The position numbers and the translations under genes were made by a program. Shown here piece by piece: positions 10,024-17,291 of a stretch of DNA of 54,836 nt. Source of the stretch: Clostridia bacterium (lineage in GTDB: Bacteria; Bacillota; Clostridia; Christensenellales; UBA1242); assembly GCA_963930145.1 (NCBI GenBank), contig CAWVLM010000038.1, positions 1 to 54,836 on the forward strand, written 5' to 3'. Numbering within the stretch: the stretch's first letter is position 1; each line of letters starts with the position of its first letter. A model generated the notes under the pieces. It searched no databases and was not told where the DNA came from. It worked only from the letters and a program-made list of their open reading frames with translations.

Positions 10024-10746
10024 ATGGAGATGGGATTTTATATAGGATATATTGTTTCAGCCATAGTGTTAATAATTTCTATAATAATTGCAATAGCAGC
10101 TCAATCAAAAGTGAATAATGCCTATGAAGAAAACAGAGAAAAATTATCATCGCTTGATATGACAGGCGGAGAGCTTGCTGAAAAATTGTCGTCAGATTAT
10201 GATTTAAACCTGATGGTAAGGCAGTGCGGCGGAAGGCTTACCGACCACTACGACCCAACCGATAGAAGTTTAAATATTTCACAAGAAAATTTTAATTCAA
10301 AATCTATTGCAGCACAAGCGATTGTTGCTCATGAGTTTGGGCATGCTCTTCAACATGCTGAGAATTATGCTCCTTTCAAAACAAGGCAAGCCGTAGTAAA
10401 GATAAGCAACCTTGTTTCTAGAATGCTTATGCCACTTTTGATAGTGGGAATTCTTCTTCAAATATTCTTGCTTGGCATCGCAGGTCCACTTGTAATATAT
10501 ATTTCTGTTGCACTTTATGCGGTAGCCGTAATTGCCAATCTTGTAACTCTTCCAGTGGAAGTCAATGCGTCATCAAGGGCAAAAGATTTGCTTGTAAAAC
10601 TCGGCTGCACAAGTGATAGCGAAGTTCAAGCCACAGACAAGGTGCTAAACGCCGCCGCTTTAACCTATGTTGCATCCCTTCTCGTATCCATGGCATATTT
10701 CTTAAGATTTTTGTTTCTTCTTCTTATGTGGACAAAACGAGATTAA
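10024..10746 (+). CDS. Membrane zinc metallopeptidase, YugP family
   Basis: LTDHYDP...IAAQAIVAHEFGHALQH, characteristic of the YugP/Zn_peptidase_2 family. AAAGGGG RBS. Confidence 0.85.
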   Translation: MEMGFYIGYIVSAIVLIISIIIAIAAQSKVNNAYEENREKLSSLDMTGGELAEKLSSDYDLNLMVRQCGGRLTDHYDPTDRSLNISQENFNSKSIAAQAIVAHEFGHALQHAENYAPFKTRQAVVKISNLVSRMLMPLLIVGILLQIFLLGIAGPLVIYISVALYAVAVIANLVTLPVEVNASSRAKDLLVKLGCTSDSEVQATDKVLNAAALTYVASLLVSMAYFLRFLFLLLMWTKRD

Positions 10747-10775
10747 AAATAAACAATAAGTAAAATAATAATAAA

Positions 10776-10826
10776 AATAATGTATCAAAATGATCTATGA
10801 AAGATATAAGATACATTATTTTTTAT
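10776..10826 (+). terminator. Hairpin terminator after the YugP gene
   Basis: AATAATGTATC ... GATACATTATT (11-bp stem, long loop) followed by TTTTT. Confidence 0.5.
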
Positions 10827-10906
10827 AAAAGAAAAAACAATTTATAAATAAATCTCATTGTTTTGGAGATAAAGACAAAGAATTGAAGTATGAAATTTTA
10901 AAAAAT

Positions 10907-11113
10907 TCAAATATTACTATTTATCATCTCATCAATGCTTACTTTAAAAATTTTAGCTAATTTTCTAAGCATTGCAATGGAAGGCTCTGTTCGACCTTGC
11001 TCCCAATTTGCATAGCAACTTTCAACAACGCCAAGTTTTTCGGCAACCTGCTTTTGCGTTAGTCCGATATCTTTTCTTAAATATTTCAAATTATCACAAA
11101 ATATTTTATCCAT
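10907..11113 (-). CDS. XRE-family helix-turn-helix transcriptional regulator (68 aa)
   Basis: LTQKQVAEKLGVVESCYANWEQGRTEPSIAMLRKLAKIF is a classic Cro/C1-type HTH. Confidence 0.85.
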   Translation of the reverse strand: MDKIFCDNLKYLRKDIGLTQKQVAEKLGVVESCYANWEQGRTEPSIAMLRKLAKIFKVSIDEMINSNI

Positions 11114-11131
11114 ATAAAAATTTTATGCAAA

Positions 11132-11155
11132 ACTAGACAAAATGTCTAGTATAAT
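11132..11155. promoter_or_regulatory. Perfect 8-bp inverted repeat (candidate XRE operator) abutting a TATAAT box
   Basis: ACTAGACA-AAA-TGTCTAGT (11132-11150), with TATAAT at 11150-11155, in the 60-bp divergent intergenic region. Confidence 0.5.
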
Positions 11156-11173
11156 TCTATAAAAGGAGTTGAA

Positions 11174-11830
11174 ATGGAAGAAATAAGAATGAATAAAACA
11201 GAAGAAAAAATATTGCTTGAAATGAGATTTCAAATTCCACTCATATTACATATATTGGCGCCAATAGCCATAGTATTGGCAACATTTTTGGCTGTATTCA
11301 CAGGTATATCTGAAGTGTGGGCTTTTGTAGTGATTGTTGCAGTTATATATATTGTGTTATGTATTGGCATACATAACGAAAAATGTATAATAACTGACAA
11401 GAAAATAAAAGGGCGTAAATTTATATTTTTTGGTTATAAAAGTTATAATTTAAGATTAGATATGATTGACGGAGTTGAATCACAAAATATTGCAGGTATC
11501 AATGGAATAAAAATTAAATTTACACAAGGATATGTCAATTCAACTGGTGGGGATAAAACATTAAAAATTGAAAATGTAAAAAATATAGATGAGGTACTTG
11601 CTCAGTTAAATAAAATTATATCCAGCATAAGAAATGATAAGGATGTTGCAGCTGATTTATCATTAAAACAATCCCAGGCAATCAATAATATAGCGACATC
11701 CATTGCATCAAATAAACAAAGTGTTGATATAGTTAATTCTTTAAGTCAATTAAAAAGATTATTAAACGAAAAAGTTATATCAAGTGAAGAATATGAAAAA
11801 AAGAGAAAAGAATTATTAGAAAAATTCTAA
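11174..11830 (+). CDS. Membrane protein with a PH-like middle region and a C-terminal SHOCT domain
   Basis: AAAAGGAG RBS. Two N-terminal TM helices. The C-terminal LNEKVISSEEYEKKRKELLEKF matches the SHOCT short C-terminal domain pattern. Confidence 0.7.
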   Translation: MEEIRMNKTEEKILLEMRFQIPLILHILAPIAIVLATFLAVFTGISEVWAFVVIVAVIYIVLCIGIHNEKCIITDKKIKGRKFIFFGYKSYNLRLDMIDGVESQNIAGINGIKIKFTQGYVNSTGGDKTLKIENVKNIDEVLAQLNKIISSIRNDKDVAADLSLKQSQAINNIATSIASNKQSVDIVNSLSQLKRLLNEKVISSEEYEKKRKELLEKF

Positions 11831-11863
11831 AATAAAGCTTTACTCTTTTTTATTGATTATATT

Positions 11864-13267
11864 TTAGTTAAATTTAACCCTTTCTCCTATATACGAAATA
11901 AGCTCATCTATATCAAGCCTTATCTGCTCCATGTTGTCACGGTCTCGAATTGTCACTGTGTTATTTTCAAGTGTGTCAAAGTCTATGGTCACGCAGAAAG
12001 GTGTTCCAATTTCGTCTTGTCTGCGATAACGCTTACCAATAGAACCTGCTTCATCATAGTCACACATAAATTCTTTTGAAAGTTTGCTGTAAACTTCTTT
12101 TGCTTTCTCAGAAAGATTCTTTTGAAGAGGAAGGATTGCAACTTTATAAGGTGCTATTGCAGGGTGGAAGTGCATAACAACTCTTGTTTCGCCGTTATCT
12201 AGGCTTTCTTCTTCATAAGCCTGACAAAGAATGGCAAGTGTCAATCTATCTGCACCGATAGAATATTCAATAACATTAGGTGTATATTTTTCATTAGTGA
12301 ATGGGTCTACATATTGCATGTTTTTGCCAGAATATTCTTGATGACGAGATAAATCCCAAGTGCCACGGTGATGTATTCCGTTAAGCTCTTGCCAGCCAAT
12401 AGGGAAGTTGTATTGAATATCACAAGCAGCCTTTGCATAGTGTGCAAGTTTGTCGTGGTCGTGGAAACGTAAGTTTTCAGCTTTTAAACCTAAATTTTCA
12501 ACAAATTCAAGTGCTCTTGCCTTGTAATTGTTGTAAATGTCCATAGAATCTTCTTCGCGGCAGAACATTTGAAGCTCCATTTGTTCAAACTCAATGGTTC
12601 TAAAGAGGAAGTTTCCAGGTGTGATTTCATTTCTGAATGATTTTCCAATTTGTGCGATTGCAAAAGGCACCTTAGCTCTCGTTGTGCGTTGAACATTTAA
12701 GAAGTTCACATATTCACCTTGGCAAGTTTCAGGACGAAGATAAACCTTATCAGCATCAGCCTCAAGCGTTCCACGAGAAGTGACAAACATAGGATTGAAC
12801 TTGCGAATTGGTGTCCAATCAAAACCGCCGCAGTGTGGGCAACTAATATGATGTTCATTGATATATGCTTCAAGTTGTTCATTTGTCATAGCTTCAGCAG
12901 AAACGCTGCCTTTGCTGTGTGCTTCAACAAGGGTGTCAGCACGAAAGCGTTGTTTGCACTTTTTGCAGTCCATTTTAGGGTCACCAAAACTTGCCACGTG
13001 ACCACTTGCTTCCCATACGCGTGGGTTCATAAGAATAGCCGCATCAACGCCATAGGTGTTAGGGTCTTCTTGAACAAATCGCTTCCACCATGCACGCTTG
13101 ATGTTGTTTTTAAGCTCAACTCCTACAGGACCAAAATCCCAAGTGTTCGCAAACCCGCCGTAAATTTCGCTGCCAGGGAACACAAATCCACGACTTTTAC
13201 ATAAGTTGACAATCTTGTCCATTGTAAGTTCACTTTTCATTTCTTTAACTTTATTTTCATCTTTCAT
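11864..13267 (-). CDS. glyQS: Glycyl-tRNA synthetase, homodimeric (alpha2) type
   Basis: FVFPGSEIYGG N-terminus and class II motif 2 FRNEITPGNFLFRTIEFEQMELQMF. The ATG at 13267 has a GGAGA RBS; the longer listed ORF runs into the T-box leader. Confidence 0.93.
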   Translation of the reverse strand: MKDENKVKEMKSELTMDKIVNLCKSRGFVFPGSEIYGGFANTWDFGPVGVELKNNIKRAWWKRFVQEDPNTYGVDAAILMNPRVWEASGHVASFGDPKMDCKKCKQRFRADTLVEAHSKGSVSAEAMTNEQLEAYINEHHISCPHCGGFDWTPIRKFNPMFVTSRGTLEADADKVYLRPETCQGEYVNFLNVQRTTRAKVPFAIAQIGKSFRNEITPGNFLFRTIEFEQMELQMFCREEDSMDIYNNYKARALEFVENLGLKAENLRFHDHDKLAHYAKAACDIQYNFPIGWQELNGIHHRGTWDLSRHQEYSGKNMQYVDPFTNEKYTPNVIEYSIGADRLTLAILCQAYEEESLDNGETRVVMHFHPAIAPYKVAILPLQKNLSEKAKEVYSKLSKEFMCDYDEAGSIGKRYRRQDEIGTPFCVTIDFDTLENNTVTIRDRDNMEQIRLDIDELISYIGERVKFN

Positions 13268-13354
13268 TATATTTTCTCCTTTTTTATTCCATTTTTGTTG
13301 ATTTTTAGCATTTTTCTTTAAATTTATATAGTTTCGTGGCAGAAAGGCTTGCAA

Positions 13355-13552
13355 AAATTTAAAAAGCCCTATGCAAAACTTGCATAGGGGCGATAATATC
13401 GTATTTCGCTGTTCCACCCTAATTCATGTTAAACTTATGTTTTTTATATGATTTTTATAAAATCACACAACTATATTTAAAATTTAACACCTTATTACTA
13501 TCTTTACGCCGACACGCGTTTAGCTCTGGAGTTGCCAATTCCGTCATTGCTA
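13355..13552 (-). promoter_or_regulatory. T-box leader (Gly specifier GGC) with terminator/antiterminator
   Basis: Minus strand reads AATTAGGGTGGAACAGCG (T-box sequence, 13407-13424). It is followed by the CCCTATGCAA-GTT-TTGCATAGGG hairpin plus CTTTTT (13361-13389). GAATTGGCAAC places GGC+A (13534-13536) as the specifier. Confidence 0.85.
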
Positions 13553-13557
13553 TAAAT

Positions 13558-13585
13558 ATTATAATAAAATAAAAATAAAAGTCAA
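13558..13585 (-). promoter_or_regulatory. Promoter of the glyQS T-box leader
   Basis: Minus strand: TTGACT (13580-13585), 16-nt spacer, TATAAT (13558-13563). Confidence 0.6.
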
Positions 13586-13615
13586 CAAAAAGCACACGAT
13601 TTTTTTGTTTTGATA

Positions 13616-13643
13616 TTGACTTTTTTATAATTCAAGGTATAAT
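13616..13643 (+). promoter_or_regulatory. Promoter for the 13691 gene
   Basis: TTGACT (13616-13621), 16-nt spacer, TATAAT (13638-13643). Confidence 0.55.
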
Positions 13644-13690
13644 TATTATGCAAAGTTTTAGTTTATCTAGAATTAAAAGGTAAGGTTTTT

Positions 13691-14698
13691 ATGGATAACA
13701 AATTATTAGAAAACATTGCTTTTCAAGAACATGAAGATTGGAAAAGAGATATTTTAAGCATACTTAACAACGAGCCAAGATGGTTTATAATAAGAGATGT
13801 AAACCTTGCTGCAAAACTTGACGAGCAAGACAGCGGAGAAGTTCCGTTTGTTCCATCAGTTTATCGTAAAAACAATGGAGAATGGGAAGTAGATCTTTTG
13901 CATGCAAACTTCTTTCAACTTCCAAGAGAATACAAAGAAACATGCTTGGGGCTTGCTGAGAAGGCTATCTACATACTTCAAAATTTTGGGAAAGGATTAA
14001 GCAAAGATAATCGTCTGAATAGATGTTATAAAAACGCACTTATTATGCTAGGTGCAACAGAAAAGCAGTTTGAAGGCAATATTGAAGACTTTGTTAAAGA
14101 ATTTTTAATGGAAAAAACCAAAGGAAACAATGTTGTTTATAAAATAGATGGTGCATATATTTTCACAAAGTTTGACAATCCATCAACAATCTATGCAAAA
14201 ATTTATGGTATGTCACAAAAAGATAAGCGTGAGCTTGAAGATTATTATGCAATCAACAATTCTCACCAGATGCGAGATCTCGATCGTGGAAGTCAATTGA
14301 GTATCGAAGATATAATGGCACGTGGTGAGCAAGTTATTCCTCAAGCATACCATGAAGACTGGGAAAAGTGCGTGAAAAAATACACAGGAGAATATATCAA
14401 CCTTCAAAGATCCTATGGTTGGAATAAAGACTATAGTGACGAAACATTTAAATTTAAAGCAAAAAGAAGTCTTTTAAAAGTTGTTCAACTTATTGAAGAT
14501 TTAAGCAGGGGAAAGTCTACAAAGTCAGTTTCTCCAAGAATTGATAACATCCTGGAACTTGCTCTTGTTGTTAAATTTGGCAAGAATGGCAATTTGATTG
14601 CAGACAATGTTGGATTTGTTTTTGACGATAATCCCCAAAAAGCTAAATCAAGTGACCAACCACAAAATGCCGAAGCAGATGACACAGAAAATGAATAA
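13691..14698 (+). CDS. Hypothetical cytoplasmic protein with two H-E-D-W containing (RyR-like?) segments and an acidic tail
   Basis: AAAAGG RBS. QEHEDWKRD near the N-terminus and AYHEDWEKC...YGWNKDYSDE near residue 220. Family assignment is tentative. Confidence 0.6.
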   Translation: MDNKLLENIAFQEHEDWKRDILSILNNEPRWFIIRDVNLAAKLDEQDSGEVPFVPSVYRKNNGEWEVDLLHANFFQLPREYKETCLGLAEKAIYILQNFGKGLSKDNRLNRCYKNALIMLGATEKQFEGNIEDFVKEFLMEKTKGNNVVYKIDGAYIFTKFDNPSTIYAKIYGMSQKDKRELEDYYAINNSHQMRDLDRGSQLSIEDIMARGEQVIPQAYHEDWEKCVKKYTGEYINLQRSYGWNKDYSDETFKFKAKRSLLKVVQLIEDLSRGKSTKSVSPRIDNILELALVVKFGKNGNLIADNVGFVFDDNPQKAKSSDQPQNAEADDTENE

Positions 14699-14734
14699 TT
14701 GACTGTCTAAATGATTTGTCAAAGGAGAAAAGCT

Positions 14735-15229
14735 ATGACTATTATCAAAAAGATGCAAAAAGGACTTAAAGTTGCGGGCTTATCCCTTTTTCTTGGACTA
14801 GGTTCAATTTTAATTGCAACAGGAGTTGGCTGTGCAATAGGTTCAGCCGCAGTTGACGGCCGATCAAAAGCTGAATTTTATGCTTCAGAAAACTATGAAC
14901 AGTTAGAAGGGCAACAAACAACAGAAAGTGGAAGTGATACTCTTAATGAGAATTTATATTATTCTTCTAAAGACCCAGCTGTTGTCAAAGACCGCCAAAC
15001 AGTGCTTGTACTTGCCGTGACAAGTGGGCTGACTATTTTAACGGGGGTCGGGGTTGGTGTTGGAAAAGGCGTTGCAAGCTTAACGGGCATGGAAACTACG
15101 CATGAAACCATCATTGATGAAATAAAAGATACAATAAAAGAGATAAAAGAATCATCGCCAAACAAGAAAAGAAAAAAGAATATTTTTGAGGCAGAAGAAC
15201 GCCGTTATAATACTATTGAAAGATATTAA
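14735..15229 (+). CDS. Small membrane protein (two hydrophobic, Gly-rich segments; K-rich tail)
   Basis: The ATG at 14735 has an AAAGGAG RBS 7 nt upstream; the listed ORF start at 14711 lacks one. Confidence 0.6.
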   Translation: MTIIKKMQKGLKVAGLSLFLGLGSILIATGVGCAIGSAAVDGRSKAEFYASENYEQLEGQQTTESGSDTLNENLYYSSKDPAVVKDRQTVLVLAVTSGLTILTGVGVGVGKGVASLTGMETTHETIIDEIKDTIKEIKESSPNKKRKKNIFEAEERRYNTIERY

Positions 15230-15240
15230 AAAGATAAAAA

Positions 15241-15275
15241 AGATGCAAAATATTTATTTTTGCATCTTTTTTTGA
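15241..15275 (+). terminator. Intrinsic terminator
   Basis: AGATGCAAAA-TATTTAT-TTTTGCATCT followed by T7. Confidence 0.7.
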
Positions 15276-15361
15276 TAAAAATCATTAAAATTTTCGATTT
15301 TTTTGATAATTTTTATATTTTTTTGATAAAAAATTAAAATTAAAATATAAAAATATCAAAA

Positions 15362-16954
15362 TTATTTTTTGCTATTTTTTTCAAGCCAAGCCATATATTC
15401 TTCATAAGTTCCTGTGAAGTCATTATAGTGATTTTCATCTATAATATCAATAATTCTGTTTGCAACCGTTTCTATTATTTCTTGGTCGTGTGTTGCAAAC
15501 AAGATATTGCCACGGAAGGCTTGCATGCCTTTATTTAGTGCGGTGATACTTTCAAGGTCAAGGTGGTTTGTAGGTTCGTCTAATATCAAAAGATTGCCTT
15601 GTTCAAGCATCATTTTTGCAAGCATACATCTCACTCGTTCTCCACCTGAAAGCACATTTGCAGGTTTAAGATTCTCTTCACCAGTAAAAAGCATACGTCC
15701 TAGCCAACTTCTTATATATGTTTCATTTTGGTCTTTAGAAAATTGTCTAAGCCAGTCCACAATCGAGCTTGTATTGCCTTCAAAATATTCGTTGTTGTTT
15801 TGTGGCAGGTTTGTGACTTTTATAGTCTTTCCAATAAACACGTTGCCGCAGTCAGGTTTTTCTTTTCCTAAGATAATATTGAATAAAGTGGTTAAAATTT
15901 GACTATTTTTTGCAAAAAAAGCCACTTTTTGCCCTTTTTCTATATTAAAATTCAATTTTTTAAACATTCCAGCCTTGCTTAATCCTTCAACTTTCAACAC
16001 TTCTTTGCCAATTTCTTGAGTGTATTCAAAGTTGATATAAGGGTATTTTCTAGAAGAAGGTTTAATATCCTCAATAGTCAATTTTTCAAGTTCACGCTTT
16101 CTGCTTGTTGCTTGTTTTGATTTAGATGCGTTTGCAGAGAAACGTGCAATAAATTCCTTAAGTTCTTTGGCTCGCTGTTCGGCTTTTTTGTTTTGGTCTT
16201 TCATCTGACGAAGAATAAGTTGACTTGACTCATACCAGAAATCATAGTTTCCAATATACATATTGATTTTACCATAGTCAACGTCACAAATATGCGTGCA
16301 GACCTTGTTTAAAAAGTGACGGTTGTGAGAGACAATGATAACAATATTTTCAAAGTCTAACAAAAATTCTTCAAGCCACCTTACGGTTTTAAAGTCAAGG
16401 TTGTTTGTTGGTTCATCTAAAACAAGGATGTCAGGGTTGCCAAAAAGTGCTTGTGCAAGCAAGATTTTAACCTTTTCTTTAGGGTCAACGTCTTTCATTT
16501 GGACATAAAACAACTCTTCGTTTATCCCAAGATTTTGAAGAAGAGTTTTAGCTTCGCTTTCCGCTTCCCAGCCGCCAAGCTCGGCAAATTCAGTCTCAAG
16601 CTCGCCAGCCCTTATTCCATCTTCTTCAGTAAAATCAGGTTTTGCATAGAGTGCATCCTTTTCTTTTTGAACTTGCATAAGTCTTTTGTGCCCGAGAAGA
16701 ACACAGTCAAGCACAGTTTCATTATCATAGGCATTTTGGTTTTGTGCAAGCACGCTCATTCGCTCGCCAGGAGTGATAAAAATTTCGCCAGTGTTAGGCT
16801 CAATTTCTCCCGTCAAGATTTTAAGAAAGGTGGATTTTCCTGCACCATTAGCCCCAATTATTCCATAACAGTTACCTTTTGTGAACTTTAAGTTTACATC
16901 TCTATAAAGCACTCTTCCGCCAAACGCCAAAGACACATTGCTCACTTGTACCAT
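15362..16954 (-). CDS. ABC-F family ATPase, YbiT-like (530 aa, two NBDs, no TMD)
   Basis: Intact NBD1 Walker A (GANGAGKS). Walker B LVLDEPTNNLD and LILDEPTNHLD. LSGGERVR signature. Overall N-terminal pattern matches E. coli YbiT as I remember it. The NBD2 P-loop is degenerate (see findings). Confidence 0.88.
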   Translation of the reverse strand: MVQVSNVSLAFGGRVLYRDVNLKFTKGNCYGIIGANGAGKSTFLKILTGEIEPNTGEIFITPGERMSVLAQNQNAYDNETVLDCVLLGHKRLMQVQKEKDALYAKPDFTEEDGIRAGELETEFAELGGWEAESEAKTLLQNLGINEELFYVQMKDVDPKEKVKILLAQALFGNPDILVLDEPTNNLDFKTVRWLEEFLLDFENIVIIVSHNRHFLNKVCTHICDVDYGKINMYIGNYDFWYESSQLILRQMKDQNKKAEQRAKELKEFIARFSANASKSKQATSRKRELEKLTIEDIKPSSRKYPYINFEYTQEIGKEVLKVEGLSKAGMFKKLNFNIEKGQKVAFFAKNSQILTTLFNIILGKEKPDCGNVFIGKTIKVTNLPQNNNEYFEGNTSSIVDWLRQFSKDQNETYIRSWLGRMLFTGEENLKPANVLSGGERVRCMLAKMMLEQGNLLILDEPTNHLDLESITALNKGMQAFRGNILFATHDQEIIETVANRIIDIIDENHYNDFTGTYEEYMAWLEKNSKK

Positions 16955-16986
16955 AAAATAAATTCTCCTTTAACCAATTCATATTT

Positions 16987-17015
16987 ATTATAATTAAAAT
17001 TTCCTTCCCTGTCAA
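16987..17015 (-). promoter_or_regulatory. Consensus sigma-A promoter for the ABC-F gene
   Basis: Minus strand: TTGACA (17010-17015), 17-nt spacer, TATAAT (16987-16992). Confidence 0.65.
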
Positions 17016-17225
17016 CAAAAAGGTGATTTAAGTGTTGCAAGGCAAAAATATTTTAAATAATGAAATTATTAACAAAAAAATAAATTTTTTAAATTTTTAT
17101 ATTTATTTTTAAATATTTTTATTTTAAAATAATTTTTAGAGTTTTTTATTTTTTGAAATATTTTTGTTCTAAATAATTATAATAAATATAATTTCTTATA
17201 AACTATGACAAAAAGCGAAAATTAT

Positions 17226-17254
17226 TTGCCTTTTTCGTAGCAAAAATTTATAAT
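17226..17254 (+). promoter_or_regulatory. Candidate promoter for the giant ORF
   Basis: TTGCCT (17226-17231), 17-nt spacer, TATAAT (17249-17254). GGTGAGGTG RBS before the ATG at 17292. Confidence 0.5.
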
Positions 17255-17291
17255 AGAATTGTAATATATTTGTGAAGGTGAGGTGCCTTAG

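Noticed and set aside
12719-13204. 161-aa plus-strand ORF (and 12490-12696 on the minus strand) inside glyQS
   Set aside because: Antisense or out-of-frame within a strongly supported aaRS gene. No RBS and a low-complexity translation. A shadow ORF.
15507-16891. Plus-strand ORFs 15507-15902 and 16451-16891
   Set aside because: Antisense to the ABC-F gene; shadow ORFs.
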